A DNA stretch of 64,000 bases, from assembly GCA_963817895.1 (NCBI GenBank), contig CAWFQB010000001.1:320001-384000 (forward strand), given 5' to 3'. Each line of letters begins with the position of its first letter. Position 1 is the first letter of the stretch. Under the pieces are notes generated by a model. That model did no database searches, had not been told where the DNA came from, and was given only the letters and a program-made list of their open reading frames with translations. Both the position numbers and the translations under genes were made by a program. Of this stretch, positions 11,921 through 22,386 are shown piece by piece. Origin of the DNA: an uncultured Chthonomonadaceae bacterium (GTDB lineage: Bacteria; Armatimonadota; Chthonomonadetes; Chthonomonadales; Chthonomonadaceae).

Positions 11921-12460
11921 TGTAGTTCTCCACTATAACGCTATCCTCAACTCTCAAAACAGGCTCTACTAAATATAGAGTGATTGCAAGCCTCAACGTT
12001 ACGACAAAATTCCCTGAAGAGACAACGCCCTGCCTGTGATAATCAACACATGCAAAGGGCAGCTCTCTTTCCTGTTGAAGTTTCTCACAAATGATAAATG
12101 CTACTTGCGGCAGGCGGGGGAAGTATCAATATTGAGAAAACGGAAATTTTACCTGCGCTTATTTTCATCTTAATCTCCCTGTAATAATAGATGCGCGGCG
12201 GGGCGAGAAAGCATTCAGAAAAAAGTTTATCCATTTTTGAGAATAATTTATCCATTTTTGTGAAACGTATCCACGCCATCTTCGTCTGATGTGGTGAAGA
12301 TAACTTCCTGAGCAGCAGATAATTACGAGCAGGCTGTTATACAAACCCGGTTCTGTTTACGATATGGTCTTGCCGCGTGATTAGCGGTGTTGTCAAAATC
12401 GCGGAAAATTTTATCCATTGTCGTTTTGGAAGTCAGTTGGAAGTTCAAAGGAGTTCTCCC

Positions 12461-13102
12461 ATGCAAACGCATCCCTTTCGCCGCAAGGCGCGCAATTTGG
12501 CTTTCTGCGCGGCCATCGTCGGCCTGACCGTTTATGCCAGTCGGCATCCTCAGACAGTGGTACACGACACTTCCCAAACGGCAATCAACCATATCATTGA
12601 TGCGGCGGAACCGCTTTGCCGAACGCTTTTACCCGATAAGAACGTGCTGCATTTCGCGGCGCATTCATCTCCCACGTTCAGCAGAAACGGACTGGCCCGT
12701 AATTTGTGGACTGTGGAGTGTTTCGATAATGACGGCAGGGAGATTGTTCACGTTCTCTGGGATGAAGACAACAGGCGCTGCGTCAACATCAGCCAGCCGC
12801 AAAACGATTTCCCGCGCGCTTCCCCGGTCAGATTGAACCGCGAATCCGCGCTTGTCGCCGCCCGCAGTTGGATAACGCGGCTGAACATCGCCGGGGCTGC
12901 GCAGGTCGCCAACGCGCCGGGTGAACTGCGGAGTCTGGAAGACAGCTATCGCGTGTTCCTGCGGCTGCCGGACGGCCTGGCAACCGTGTGGATAGACGCC
13001 CATTCCGGCGAGGTGTTCAATGTGATGGTACGCAGCTATCCCGACACATCCACCATGCAGGCGGCGGCCCCGCCGAAACAGGAAGAGGTTCCGCATAGCT
13101 GA
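12461..13102 (+). CDS. Hypothetical exported or membrane-anchored protein
   Basis: SD AAGGAG; N-terminal hydrophobic segment; 213 aa. Confidence 0.6.
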   Translation: MQTHPFRRKARNLAFCAAIVGLTVYASRHPQTVVHDTSQTAINHIIDAAEPLCRTLLPDKNVLHFAAHSSPTFSRNGLARNLWTVECFDNDGREIVHVLWDEDNRRCVNISQPQNDFPRASPVRLNRESALVAARSWITRLNIAGAAQVANAPGELRSLEDSYRVFLRLPDGLATVWIDAHSGEVFNVMVRSYPDTSTMQAAAPPKQEEVPHS

Positions 13103-13129
13103 CACGCGGTTCAAGGCGGCGCAACATAT

Positions 13130-13177
13130 AAACCAATCGCCCGCGAACGCAGTGTTGCGTTCGCGGGCGATTGGTTT
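13130..13177. terminator. Bidirectional rho-independent terminator
   Basis: 22-bp perfect inverted repeat between convergent genes. Confidence 0.8.
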
Positions 13178-13195
13178 TGGATAACATTGACGCTG

Positions 13196-14806
13196 TTACA
13201 GGGTGACGAGTTGGGCGGCTTCCATGCCGGAAATGCCGCGTATCTGCTGCATCAGTTCGGGCGAAATCGGCTCGTCGAGCAGGAGCGCCATGATCGCCCG
13301 CCCGCCAACCGACTCGCGCCCGACGTTCATGCCCGCGATGTTGATGTGGTTGCTGCCGAGCAGGGTTCCCACTTTGCCGACGATGCCGGGCGCGTCCGTG
13401 TGCTGCGTGACAATCATCGCGCCGCGCGGCACAATGTCCACGTGGTAGCCGTCAATATGCACGATGTGCGCTTCGCCGTTGTAGACCGTGCCGCAAATCG
13501 TCCGGTCGCCGCCCGGCAGATGGGCGCGGACGGACAGCAGGCAGGCATGGTCGGGCGTGGCCGGACGCTTCGACTCGACAACTTTGATGCCCTTCGCTTC
13601 GGCAAGAGTAGGCGCGTTCACCATGTTGACCCCCTCCGGGTTGCCGGGTGTCATCAGGCCGCGCAGAACGGCGCGGGTAATCGGGCTGGTGGGCACGCCG
13701 CTCCACTCGCCATTGAAAACCACTTCCACTTCGTTGATAGGCCGGCCTTCGTTCGCCGCGTCGCGGGCAAGCTGCATGTGCAGGCTGCCGATTTTTTCCG
13801 CAAGCGTCAGGTACGGCGCGACCGCCTGCATCTCCGTTTCCGAAAGCGCGGGCAGGTTGACGGCGGTACGGGCGGGACGGCCCTGTAACACGTCTATGAT
13901 CTGCTCGCACACGTCTACGGCCACCTTGATTTGCGCCTCCTCGCTGGACGCGCCCAGATGCGGCGTCAACACATTGCTGGCGGCAACATCGGCGGCAAGC
14001 AGGGGATTGTCGGGTTCCGGCGGCTCTTTGGTGAACACATCAACGGCGTACCCGCCGATTTTGCCGCTCCGTACCGCGTCGGCAAGCGCGGCCTCGTCAA
14101 TGATGCCGCCCCGCGCCACATTGATGATGCGAACGCCTTCTTTCATCTGCGCGAACTGCGCGGTTCCGATGAGATTGCGCGTGTCGTTGTTGAGCGGCGT
14201 ATGCACCGTGATATAATCGCTGCGCGTTACCAGATCGTCGAGGGACACGGGTTCCACGCCCAGCCGCCGCGTCTCCTCTTCGGAAACGAACGGGTTGTAG
14301 GCGATCAGTTCCACTTCAAAGCCCCGCAATCGCTGCGCCACCGCGTACCCGATTTTGCCCAGTCCGATAATGCCGACCGTTTTGCCGTACAATTCGTTGC
14401 CGACAAACTTTTTGCGGTCCCACTTGCCCGCCTTCATGGTGGCGTCGCCCTGCGCGATTTTGCGGGCAAGCGCCAGCATCAGGCCGACCGTCAGTTCCGC
14501 AGCCGCAAGCGTGTTGCCATCCGGCGAATTGACGACAACGACGCCCTTTTGCGTGGCCGCGCTCACGTCAATGTTGTCCACGCCCACGCCCGCGCGCCCG
14601 ATAATTTGCAGTTTATGCGCCTCGCCCAGAATATCGGCAGTGACTTTGGTTTCGCTGCGCACGGCAAGCGCGTCGTACTCCCCGATAATGGCTTTCAGTT
14701 CTTCGGGTTTCAGCCCGGTTTTGACATCAACGGTGATGTCGGCAATGGCGCGCAGTTTGGCGATGCCCGCTTCGGCAAGGGGGTCGCTGACCAGCACTTT
14801 CGGCAT
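13196..14806 (-). CDS. serA: D-3-phosphoglycerate dehydrogenase (type I, ASB and ACT domains)
   Basis: MPKVLVSDPL, GRAGVGVDNID, GLGKIG, NVARGG, TPHLGAS; C-terminal DAPGIVGKVG...INIAGM ACT domain. Confidence 0.95.
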   Translation of the reverse strand: MPKVLVSDPLAEAGIAKLRAIADITVDVKTGLKPEELKAIIGEYDALAVRSETKVTADILGEAHKLQIIGRAGVGVDNIDVSAATQKGVVVVNSPDGNTLAAAELTVGLMLALARKIAQGDATMKAGKWDRKKFVGNELYGKTVGIIGLGKIGYAVAQRLRGFEVELIAYNPFVSEEETRRLGVEPVSLDDLVTRSDYITVHTPLNNDTRNLIGTAQFAQMKEGVRIINVARGGIIDEAALADAVRSGKIGGYAVDVFTKEPPEPDNPLLAADVAASNVLTPHLGASSEEAQIKVAVDVCEQIIDVLQGRPARTAVNLPALSETEMQAVAPYLTLAEKIGSLHMQLARDAANEGRPINEVEVVFNGEWSGVPTSPITRAVLRGLMTPGNPEGVNMVNAPTLAEAKGIKVVESKRPATPDHACLLSVRAHLPGGDRTICGTVYNGEAHIVHIDGYHVDIVPRGAMIVTQHTDAPGIVGKVGTLLGSNHINIAGMNVGRESVGGRAIMALLLDEPISPELMQQIRGISGMEAAQLVTL

Positions 14807-15219
14807 GTTGTTCTCCTCAAAAGTTATGTGCCGCGCAGAACGCGGATTGAAACCGCGAACCACGCGAAAAGACGCGAAAAGAAGGGGCGAGAAAAACCGA
14901 GTTGGAAATTTCTCGCCCGACAAGCATACCGGAAAGCGGGGGAGAGAGTCAACGCGCGCAGGCAAAGATTACTCCCCGGCAGCGCGCCTTCCTGCTTGCG
15001 ATCAAGCGCGTTGCTCGGCTCGTTCGGTACTTTTACGCGCTTCTTAATACGGTTAATCCGAAAGATGGGGTATGCTGTAACCGAATAAAATAGCAACGAG
15101 CTGAAATATTTTCAGGGAAGAGGGATGTCTGAGGGCGCGTCTTCCATTTTGGATACGCCCCGCTTTGAAGGCGCTCGGATGCGCCGGATTGTTACTTGCC
15201 GGACTGGAAAGATAAAGAA

Positions 15220-15960
15220 ATGGAACCGCCCCCTACCCCAACCCGCGCTTCTGCGCCGTGTCCCCGCCTGATCCCCTCCCCGCGCCAGTTCTTTATGTGC
15301 GGCGCGGATGTCGCCTTCTGGCTGCGCAGCGCGCGCGCCGATGCGCGGCTGGCGCGGCTGCAAGAGCAATATCCAACGCTGGAAGCGTTTGACCGATTGT
15401 ATACCGAAACTCCCGATCCCTGGGGCTTTCTGGTTCCGGCCTTTCGCTACCAGCGCCTCAAGTATATGAAACTGTTGGCGATGCTGCCCGCCCGCCCGTA
15501 TGCCCGCGCCCTGGATGTGGGTTGTGGCCTGGGCCAGTTCACGCGAATGCTCGCTCCCTATGTGGACGAGATGGTCGGACTCGAACTCTCTCAGGTAGCC
15601 GTAGAGCAGGCGACCCGCCTCTCCGCGAACATGCCGCATGTGCATTTTGCGCAGGGCAGTCTACAGGACGTGGGCGAACGCAGTCTGGGCTTATTCGACC
15701 TGGTGGTTCTGACCGATGTGATATACTATGTGTCGCCCCTCTCAGACGAAACGCTGGCCGGACTCGTAACCGACATTGCAAATTTGGTACGGCCGGGTGG
15801 GCTGATACTGCTGGCAAACCATTTCTTTTTCGATCTTGATCCGCAATCGCGGCACGTTCGCCATATTCATGCCGGGTTCGGGCAGAATAGCGAATTGCGG
15901 CTTGTGGAGGAGCAGCGCCATCCTTTTTTTCTGGCAACTCTGCTGGAAAAACAAATCTAA
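15220..15960 (+). CDS. Class I SAM-dependent methyltransferase (NodS-like)
   Basis: LY...PDPWGF, ALDVGCGLG, FDLVVLTDVIYY. Confidence 0.8.
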   Translation: MEPPPTPTRASAPCPRLIPSPRQFFMCGADVAFWLRSARADARLARLQEQYPTLEAFDRLYTETPDPWGFLVPAFRYQRLKYMKLLAMLPARPYARALDVGCGLGQFTRMLAPYVDEMVGLELSQVAVEQATRLSANMPHVHFAQGSLQDVGERSLGLFDLVVLTDVIYYVSPLSDETLAGLVTDIANLVRPGGLILLANHFFFDLDPQSRHVRHIHAGFGQNSELRLVEEQRHPFFLATLLEKQI

Positions 15961-15985
15961 CATCTCAGACAAGAGGATTTTAACC

Positions 15986-16870
15986 ATGCGCGTCCGCGCC
16001 CTTCGCTACAGTCGTATACTCGCCGCGTGTACTATAGCGCTTCTCTGGGCCGCGCGTTTGTCGGCGCAACACTATACCGTAGACGATTTTCAGGCGGGAA
16101 CATACACGGACGCTGCCAACAACTCCCTTCCGTACCGTTTGTTTGTCCCGGCCAATTATGATCCGGCCCGTAAATACCCGCTCGCGCTGTTTTTGCATGG
16201 CGTGGGAGAGAGCGGCACGGACAACCAGAACCAGCTTGTCGGGCAACAGGGCGAACTGGCGTATGTGAATCAGTCGCTGGAGCCTGTGTTCATGCTCGCG
16301 CCCCAGACGCCGGTAGGAAAGCAGTGGGTGGATACGCCGTTTTCGCAGGGTTCCTATTCCCTTGCGTCCACGCCCGTGTCAGCCTCGCTTTCCACGGTTT
16401 TCAGCCTGCAAAATTCTCTGGAGCAGCAGTACAGCATTGATACCAATCGTTTGTATCTGACCGGACTTTCCACGGGCGGCTATGGCGCCTGGGATTTGAG
16501 CCTGCGTCATCCGGGCGTATATGCCGCCGTCATTCCAATGAGCGGGGCGGGGGACCCTTCGCTTGCGGCAAGTTTGGTAAACACGCCTGTCTGGGATTTT
16601 CATGGCGCGCTTGATGGGGTTGTTCCCGTCAGCGGCTCCCGCGATATGATTAACGCGATTCGAGCCTCCGGTGGTTCGCCCCTGTACACCGAATACCCCA
16701 ATGCCGACCACGGTATATGGGATGTGGCCTACAACACGCCGGGACTTGTCGCATGGACGTTCGCGCAGCATCTCACCCCTGCCGCCGTTCCTGAGCCTTC
16801 CGGTCTTGCTCTACTCGCTGGATTAGGCGTTTCCGGTATGGGCTTTTGCCGCTGCCGCAAACGCGCCTGA
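15986..16870 (+). CDS. Secreted alpha/beta-hydrolase (esterase or peptidase) with PEP-CTERM
   Basis: LPYRLFVP, FLHGVGE, GLSTGG nucleophile elbow, FHGALD, C-terminal VPEPS-TM-RKR. Confidence 0.85.
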   Translation: MRVRALRYSRILAACTIALLWAARLSAQHYTVDDFQAGTYTDAANNSLPYRLFVPANYDPARKYPLALFLHGVGESGTDNQNQLVGQQGELAYVNQSLEPVFMLAPQTPVGKQWVDTPFSQGSYSLASTPVSASLSTVFSLQNSLEQQYSIDTNRLYLTGLSTGGYGAWDLSLRHPGVYAAVIPMSGAGDPSLAASLVNTPVWDFHGALDGVVPVSGSRDMINAIRASGGSPLYTEYPNADHGIWDVAYNTPGLVAWTFAQHLTPAAVPEPSGLALLAGLGVSGMGFCRCRKRA

Positions 16871-16885
16871 AGAGGAATCCGGGCT

Positions 16886-17269
16886 ATGGGCGACATTAAA
16901 AACCCAAAACTGATTATCTTCAAGGGGCTGCTGTTTTTGTTTACGGGCCTGTTCGCGGCAGGAATTCTGCTGGTGGAATACCCGACCTTACAGGTTGCGT
17001 TTCTGCTTGCAGTTGCAATATGGGCGTTTGCCCGCTTCTACTACTTCGCCTTTTACGTCCTTGAACACTATGTAGACCCCGGCTTCCGGTTTGCCGGATT
17101 GGGCGCGTTCGCGCTGTACCTGCTTCATCGGCGCCGCCAACCGCCAACCGCCTCCGATGCTTCCCCTCCTCCGCCACCAAAAGCAGAATCCAGACGCCTG
17201 ATCTCAACACGCGACATTCTACAAAGAAGACAGAAGACAGAAGCCCAACGCCGAACACCGAATACTTGA
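16886..17269 (+). CDS. Small membrane protein
   Basis: Three hydrophobic segments; RFYYFAFYVLEHYVDP. Confidence 0.65.
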   Translation: MGDIKNPKLIIFKGLLFLFTGLFAAGILLVEYPTLQVAFLLAVAIWAFARFYYFAFYVLEHYVDPGFRFAGLGAFALYLLHRRRQPPTASDASPPPPPKAESRRLISTRDILQRRQKTEAQRRTPNT

Positions 17270-17423
17270 ACTTTGTCACGCGCCTGTCGTCCAACTGTGC
17301 AGGAATGTTTGCTTGTTTACAACAGTCAGGACGCGGTTCGGGCCAATTGGAGGAACCTGACCCCGTTCTGACATGTCTCTATACAGAGAATAATGTACGC
17401 TTTACGGGAAAGATCAGGAAACC

Positions 17424-19229
17424 ATGAACTGCCACACTTCAGCACGTTCACATAAACACACTTGCGACTCTGACTGCCGAAACTTTAAGAACAGGATTCA
17501 GGAGCGGCGCGGCAACAGGAGCGGGCTTCAATCCGCTATTCTTACGGCAGTTTTGCCCCTGTTGCTGTTGGGAAGCGGGGCACGAGTTCGCGCGCAGGCT
17601 ATCAGCGTGACCGTCAACGGACAGCCGGTACAATTTCTGGATATTGGCCCGCAGCAGATTGCGGGCCGCACCCTCGTGCCCGTGCGCGGCGTCCTGGAAA
17701 AGCTCGGCGCGACCGTCGCTTACGTGCCGCAAACGCAAACCGTTGTCGCAAGCACGGCGAAAATGGATATTCAACTGAAAATCGGCTCCAATATCGCGGT
17801 TGTCAACGGCAAGAACGTCACTCTCGATGTGGCCGCGCAGGAGATACGCGACCATACGTTCGTGCCGCTACGCTTTTTAGGCGAAGCGCTGGGTGCGGAT
17901 GTGGGATGGGATGGGGCAACGCGGACGGTACGCATTATCACCAAAGACGCTCTGAACGCGGGCAATGGACAACCCGTTCGCCCTGCCGTCCGTCCTGACC
18001 GTCCCGCCCGTCGCCCCGATGCGGACACCGGCCCCGCGCCGGTCATCAACGGGTTTGCGCAGGACGCGCCGGGCTGGCTGCGGGGCGGCGCGACGCTGCA
18101 TGTCACGCTGGACGGCACACCGGGCGCGCAGGCCGATTTCCGCGTTCCCGGCCTTGTCGAAGACGTTCCCATGCGCGAAACGTCGCGCGGGCATTATGTC
18201 GGCGCGTGGCAGGTTCCTGTCGACAGGCCGTTACAACTGCGTTCGGCAGCCGTGATTGGCAGCCTGAAAGTGGGCGGCAGGCCGGCGACAATGATACAGG
18301 CGGGACAGGCGCTGACCGTAGATGCCGTGCCGCCGACCATTCGGGATACGACGCCTGAAGAAGCCGCCCGCGTCAACGATCCGCGTCCGGGCATTTCGGC
18401 TGTTTTCGAGGACGAGGGCAGCGGCATTGACCGCAAATCCGCGCGCCTGCTGCTCAACGGGCAGGATGTCACCGCGCAGGCCACCATCACGCGCGATTTC
18501 ATCTCGTACCGCCCCGCTTCCGCCCTGTCTGCCGGCCCGCAAACGGTGGAACTGCGCATTATGGACATAGCGGGCAACCGCGCTTCGGCCCGATGGACGT
18601 TTACCGAACAGGCGCGGGAAGCGGGCGGCATCCGATCCGTCAGCGACAACGCCACGCACCCGCTTCAGTCGGGGGATTCGCTGCTTGTGGAACTGAACGG
18701 CTCACCCGGCAGTCGGGCAACATTCAGCGCGGGCAATATCCAGAACGTTCCCCTGCGCGAAGACCGGCCCGGTCACTACACCTGCAATTACACCGTTCGA
18801 CGGGGCGATGACGTGGCCGATAAGCCGATTCTCTTCCGCCTGCAAACGCCGGACGGCCAGAAGTTTCAGCAGTCGTCAAACAATATGCTGCGCATCAACG
18901 CGGGCAAACCCACGCCTCCGCTGATTACGTCGCCCGGTCCGAACGAGGCTCCCGGCAACCCGCTTGTGATACGCGGAACCGCCGCGCCCCACAGCAGAGT
19001 GCATATCCGGGTGAACTATAGCAACAAAGCGCTGGGTTTAGTCACCTTGCAAGGAACGGCGGCGGATACGACCGTTCGCGCCAACGGCAACGGCGACTGG
19101 CAGACCGCGCCCATCAACATCGGCAGCATTCTGGGCAATCGGGGCGTGGATTACACGATTGCGGCGACAGCGGCCAACGATGCGGGTGAGCAGTCCGCAC
19201 CCTCGACAGCGCGTTTTCGTATTCGGTAG
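17424..19229 (+). CDS. Copper amine oxidase N-terminal (stalk) domain protein with Ig-like domains
   Basis: GRTLVPVRGVLEKLGA and TFVPLRFLGEALGADVGWD repeats. Confidence 0.85.
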   Translation: MNCHTSARSHKHTCDSDCRNFKNRIQERRGNRSGLQSAILTAVLPLLLLGSGARVRAQAISVTVNGQPVQFLDIGPQQIAGRTLVPVRGVLEKLGATVAYVPQTQTVVASTAKMDIQLKIGSNIAVVNGKNVTLDVAAQEIRDHTFVPLRFLGEALGADVGWDGATRTVRIITKDALNAGNGQPVRPAVRPDRPARRPDADTGPAPVINGFAQDAPGWLRGGATLHVTLDGTPGAQADFRVPGLVEDVPMRETSRGHYVGAWQVPVDRPLQLRSAAVIGSLKVGGRPATMIQAGQALTVDAVPPTIRDTTPEEAARVNDPRPGISAVFEDEGSGIDRKSARLLLNGQDVTAQATITRDFISYRPASALSAGPQTVELRIMDIAGNRASARWTFTEQAREAGGIRSVSDNATHPLQSGDSLLVELNGSPGSRATFSAGNIQNVPLREDRPGHYTCNYTVRRGDDVADKPILFRLQTPDGQKFQQSSNNMLRINAGKPTPPLITSPGPNEAPGNPLVIRGTAAPHSRVHIRVNYSNKALGLVTLQGTAADTTVRANGNGDWQTAPINIGSILGNRGVDYTIAATAANDAGEQSAPSTARFRIR

Positions 19230-19329
19230 ATAGGTTCGTATCTGGTAGACAGCAGGGCGGAGCAGAAATGTGGTTTCACCATTGCGGGTGAAACCACATT
19301 CGCCTGCCTGACGCGAAAAGGAGAGTTTT

Positions 19330-19734
19330 ATGAGCGTGGTCAAGGATTTTCAAACGTTTATCCTGCGTGGCAATGTGGTTGATCTGGCGGTCGGCGTAGT
19401 TATCGGCGCGGCGTTTACGGGCGTGGTAACGGCGTTTACCAAAGATATTATCACGCCCATCATCGGTATTCCCGGCAAACTCAGTCTGGGCGAATATGCG
19501 TTCAGCATCAACGGTAGCAGGTTCCTGATCGGCGATTTTCTCAATACGCTCATCAGCTTTCTGCTGACCGCGCTCGTCGTCTTTTTCCTTGTCGTTCGCC
19601 CCGTCAACTGGCTGGTGGCGCGGCGCAAAACCGACACGCCCGCCGAAGAAACCACCCGCGAATGTCCCCAATGCCTGAGCAAAATTCCCATCAAAGCCAC
19701 GCGCTGCGCGTTCTGCACTTCAGAAGTCAGTTAA
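19330..19734 (+). CDS. mscL: Large-conductance mechanosensitive channel with C-terminal zinc ribbon
   Basis: FILRGNVVDLAVGVVIGAAF; CPQC...CAFC tail. Confidence 0.95.
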   Translation: MSVVKDFQTFILRGNVVDLAVGVVIGAAFTGVVTAFTKDIITPIIGIPGKLSLGEYAFSINGSRFLIGDFLNTLISFLLTALVVFFLVVRPVNWLVARRKTDTPAEETTRECPQCLSKIPIKATRCAFCTSEVS

Positions 19735-19921
19735 TTTCATTCAGAGGCGCGTCAAAGTCGTCCGCCATGTAGAGAATATCCTCTTTTGCGCTGCCGAATA
19801 CCGGTTGAGGAAGTTCCTCTGCGTTTTGCGTGAGACGAACGGCGATTCTTTGTTTCTGTTCCTTCGGCAGTTGTTCCAGCAGGGCGAATACCTGCGCATC
19901 TGTCAGTTCCAAAGTTGCCAT
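19727..19921 (-). CDS. DUF2281-like putative antitoxin (orphan)
   Basis: C-terminal FGSAK...MADDFDAPL motif typical of this antitoxin class. Confidence 0.6.
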   Translation of the reverse strand: MATLELTDAQVFALLEQLPKEQKQRIAVRLTQNAEELPQPVFGSAKEDILYMADDFDAPLNEIN

Positions 19922-19999
19922 AACTTCTTTCTCCCTGTAATCTGCAAGGCCTGCTGCATTATAGCGTGTTGCTCACAAATTTGCCACAGGCGAAAATCT

Positions 20000-21772
20000 C
20001 TACGATGTTTTGGGGCGTGGGGAGGCGAGACCGAACAGTTGGAAGAGTTCGTCGGCGGTCAGGGCGTTGGCGATGTCGAGGGTTACATCGTCTACCAGAT
20101 CGGCGAACAGTTTGCGCTTGGATTTCAGGGTTTCGTCAATGCGCTCCTCAATGGTGTTGGCGCAGATGTAGCGGTAGACGGTGACGGGAAACGGCTGGCC
20201 CATGCGGTGGGCGCGGCTGTCGGCCTGCTCCTCAATCGCCGGGTTCCACCAGCGATCCAGATGAAACACGTAGGACGCGGCCTGCAAATTCAGGCCAACG
20301 CCGCCCGCCCGCAGGGACAGCAGCAGGGCTTTATGAACGGTGTCTGTCATAAAGCGGTTGACCACTTCGGCGCGGCGGGCGGGTGACAGGCTGCCCGTAA
20401 ACTCTAAAGGGCGATAGGTTTTGAGAACCTGCGCCAATCGCGCCACGCCAAACGTCGCGTCCGTAAACTGCGAAAAGATCAGGGCGCGGTGTCCCTCCTG
20501 CGTGAGCGTTTCCATGCGCTGCGCAATGTCGCGGAATTTGGCGGACTCGCCGCTTGCCGGGTCCACGTTGCAAATCTGCTTCAAGCGCGTAATCAGTTCC
20601 AGAACGTGTGTAATCGTCAAATCCGCGCCGTACTGCGCCAGCCGTAGAACGCCCTCTTTTTCCGCCCGGTCATACGCCATGCGCTGAAGTGGGGGGAGTT
20701 CCAGCGCGAGTTCGTTGATGCGTTTAGGCGGCAGGTCGCGCAGCACATCCTCTTTTTTGCGTCGCAGTTGCACGGCCCGCAACTGCGTGACAATTTCGGC
20801 GGGCGCGGAGGGCAGGGCAAACGGCTGTCCCGCCTCGCCATGCAGAAATTCCAGCAGCGATACAATGTCGTCCAGACTGTTTTCCAGCGGCGTACCCGTT
20901 AAAGCCCAACGACGAACACGCCGCAAACGCTTGCAGGCGATGGCGTTGCCCGACTCGCGGTTCTTGATGCGCGAAGCCTCATCCAGCACAACCACATCCC
21001 ACGTTTCGCGCGCTACGGGACTGTCAGCGATTTCTACAACGTCCATGCGCAATGTTTCGTAACTGACCAGCCGAACATGCGCGGGAACCCGCCACAACTG
21101 ACTGCGCTCCGCAGGCGAACCGCTGATGGTGACAACCTGCAAATCGGGTGCCCACCGCGTCAACTCCCGCCGCCACTGCGCCAAAAGCGAAGCCGGAACA
21201 ACCACAAGCGCGGACGCGATCCGCTGCTGAAAAAACAGGATGCGCAGAGCAGCAACGGCTTGAATCCCTTTTCCCAAACCCATATCGTCCGCAAGCAACA
21301 GTTCGCGGCGGGACAGCAGGGCGGCGATCCCGTCCTGTTGATAGGGCAGCAAAGGGGCAGGCCATTCCAGAACGCCGTTCGGCGCGGTGAGATGAGAAAG
21401 CGGGGGCTGAAGGCGGGCGGCAAGGCGGCGCAAAAACTCGTCTTCGGGAGAAAGCGGTCGGGAGGGGGCGGAAGTGGATTCACCCTCATTTTCGGCATCG
21501 GGAAACGCGGGAATCTCGTCCCAGATATTTTGCAGATCGAACCAGCCGATGGGGTAGGCGCGGGCGGCGGCCATTTCCAGACCTGCGCTGTCACCAATCG
21601 CCGGGATACCGGGCAAAGGCTGTTCCGCCTGCCGAATCCGGGCGCGTCCGACGCGGAAAGTTTCCACCTCAACAGAAACAGGCGCGGGAATAGCGGGCGA
21701 CCACTCGCGCCCCAAACCCGGCACACGCCCGGACACGGTTGGCTTCCCCACCCTGCGCGTAAAGGAGATCAC
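20000..21772 (-). CDS. SNF2-family helicase/ATPase
   Basis: LLADDMGLGK, LDEASRIKN, LTGTPLEN, AGGVGLNL, WWNPAIEEQA, RAHRMGQ. Confidence 0.9.
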   Translation of the reverse strand: MISFTRRVGKPTVSGRVPGLGREWSPAIPAPVSVEVETFRVGRARIRQAEQPLPGIPAIGDSAGLEMAAARAYPIGWFDLQNIWDEIPAFPDAENEGESTSAPSRPLSPEDEFLRRLAARLQPPLSHLTAPNGVLEWPAPLLPYQQDGIAALLSRRELLLADDMGLGKGIQAVAALRILFFQQRIASALVVVPASLLAQWRRELTRWAPDLQVVTISGSPAERSQLWRVPAHVRLVSYETLRMDVVEIADSPVARETWDVVVLDEASRIKNRESGNAIACKRLRRVRRWALTGTPLENSLDDIVSLLEFLHGEAGQPFALPSAPAEIVTQLRAVQLRRKKEDVLRDLPPKRINELALELPPLQRMAYDRAEKEGVLRLAQYGADLTITHVLELITRLKQICNVDPASGESAKFRDIAQRMETLTQEGHRALIFSQFTDATFGVARLAQVLKTYRPLEFTGSLSPARRAEVVNRFMTDTVHKALLLSLRAGGVGLNLQAASYVFHLDRWWNPAIEEQADSRAHRMGQPFPVTVYRYICANTIEERIDETLKSKRKLFADLVDDVTLDIANALTADELFQLFGLASPRPKTS

Positions 21773-22386
21773 GAGTTGCGCTCTCCTGTCGGAATACGCC
21801 GACCGGTTGCGGAAGGATTGGAAGAATGGGAAGAATGGGAAGGGTTTGCCGATGTGCTGCCGCCGCGCGCCGGGGCTTGAAACGCTTCCGGGTAGGCGAT
21901 ACGCAGGCCGTCGCGCAAACGGGCAAACGGCTCTTCGACAAAACCACGCTTCGCCAGATGCTCATACAGCGCATGCGCCCTCATTCCCGATGCGGGTGGG
22001 TCATTGATCCAGCTCCATGCAAGGGGCGCGTCGTCTTCTCCCTCCGCGACCTGCGCGAACGGAATGGACGGGGCCAGTTCCTCGCGGCAAAAATCTACAG
22101 AGCCGAGCGTATCCCGGCACACGAGCAAATCCGGTTCGCGCTGGCAGGCATCAAAAAGCGAATGTGCCAGCACAACCGTTCCCACCGCCCGCACTTTCTC
22201 TTCCGGCCACAAAAACCCGCCCGGCGCGTCCACGACATTGTGAACGAATTCCAGCGGCTGCCCCCGCCCATCAATCAGCAGCAATGCGCCCACCAGTTGC
22301 CGCGCCGTTCGTGACCGCTGCACCTCCACAAACGCGGCAATCCCCTCCTGCGCGGCGCGCGGCAATTTTCGATACGGTACGGGCAT
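21769..22386 (-). CDS. Hypothetical protein (operon member)
   Basis: Overlaps both neighbouring genes (translational coupling); 205 aa. Confidence 0.7.
   Translation of the reverse strand: MPVPYRKLPRAAQEGIAAFVEVQRSRTARQLVGALLLIDGRGQPLEFVHNVVDAPGGFLWPEEKVRAVGTVVLAHSLFDACQREPDLLVCRDTLGSVDFCREELAPSIPFAQVAEGEDDAPLAWSWINDPPASGMRAHALYEHLAKRGFVEEPFARLRDGLRIAYPEAFQAPARGGSTSANPSHSSHSSNPSATGRRIPTGERNS

Noticed and set aside
11728..11996. Functional TnpB/omegaRNA system
   Set aside because: Only a short wedge-domain fragment remains, with no RuvC motifs or recognisable element ends.
13187..15088. Long ORFs antisense to serA and other genes
   Set aside because: These are shadow ORFs expected in GC-rich coding DNA and carry no motifs.
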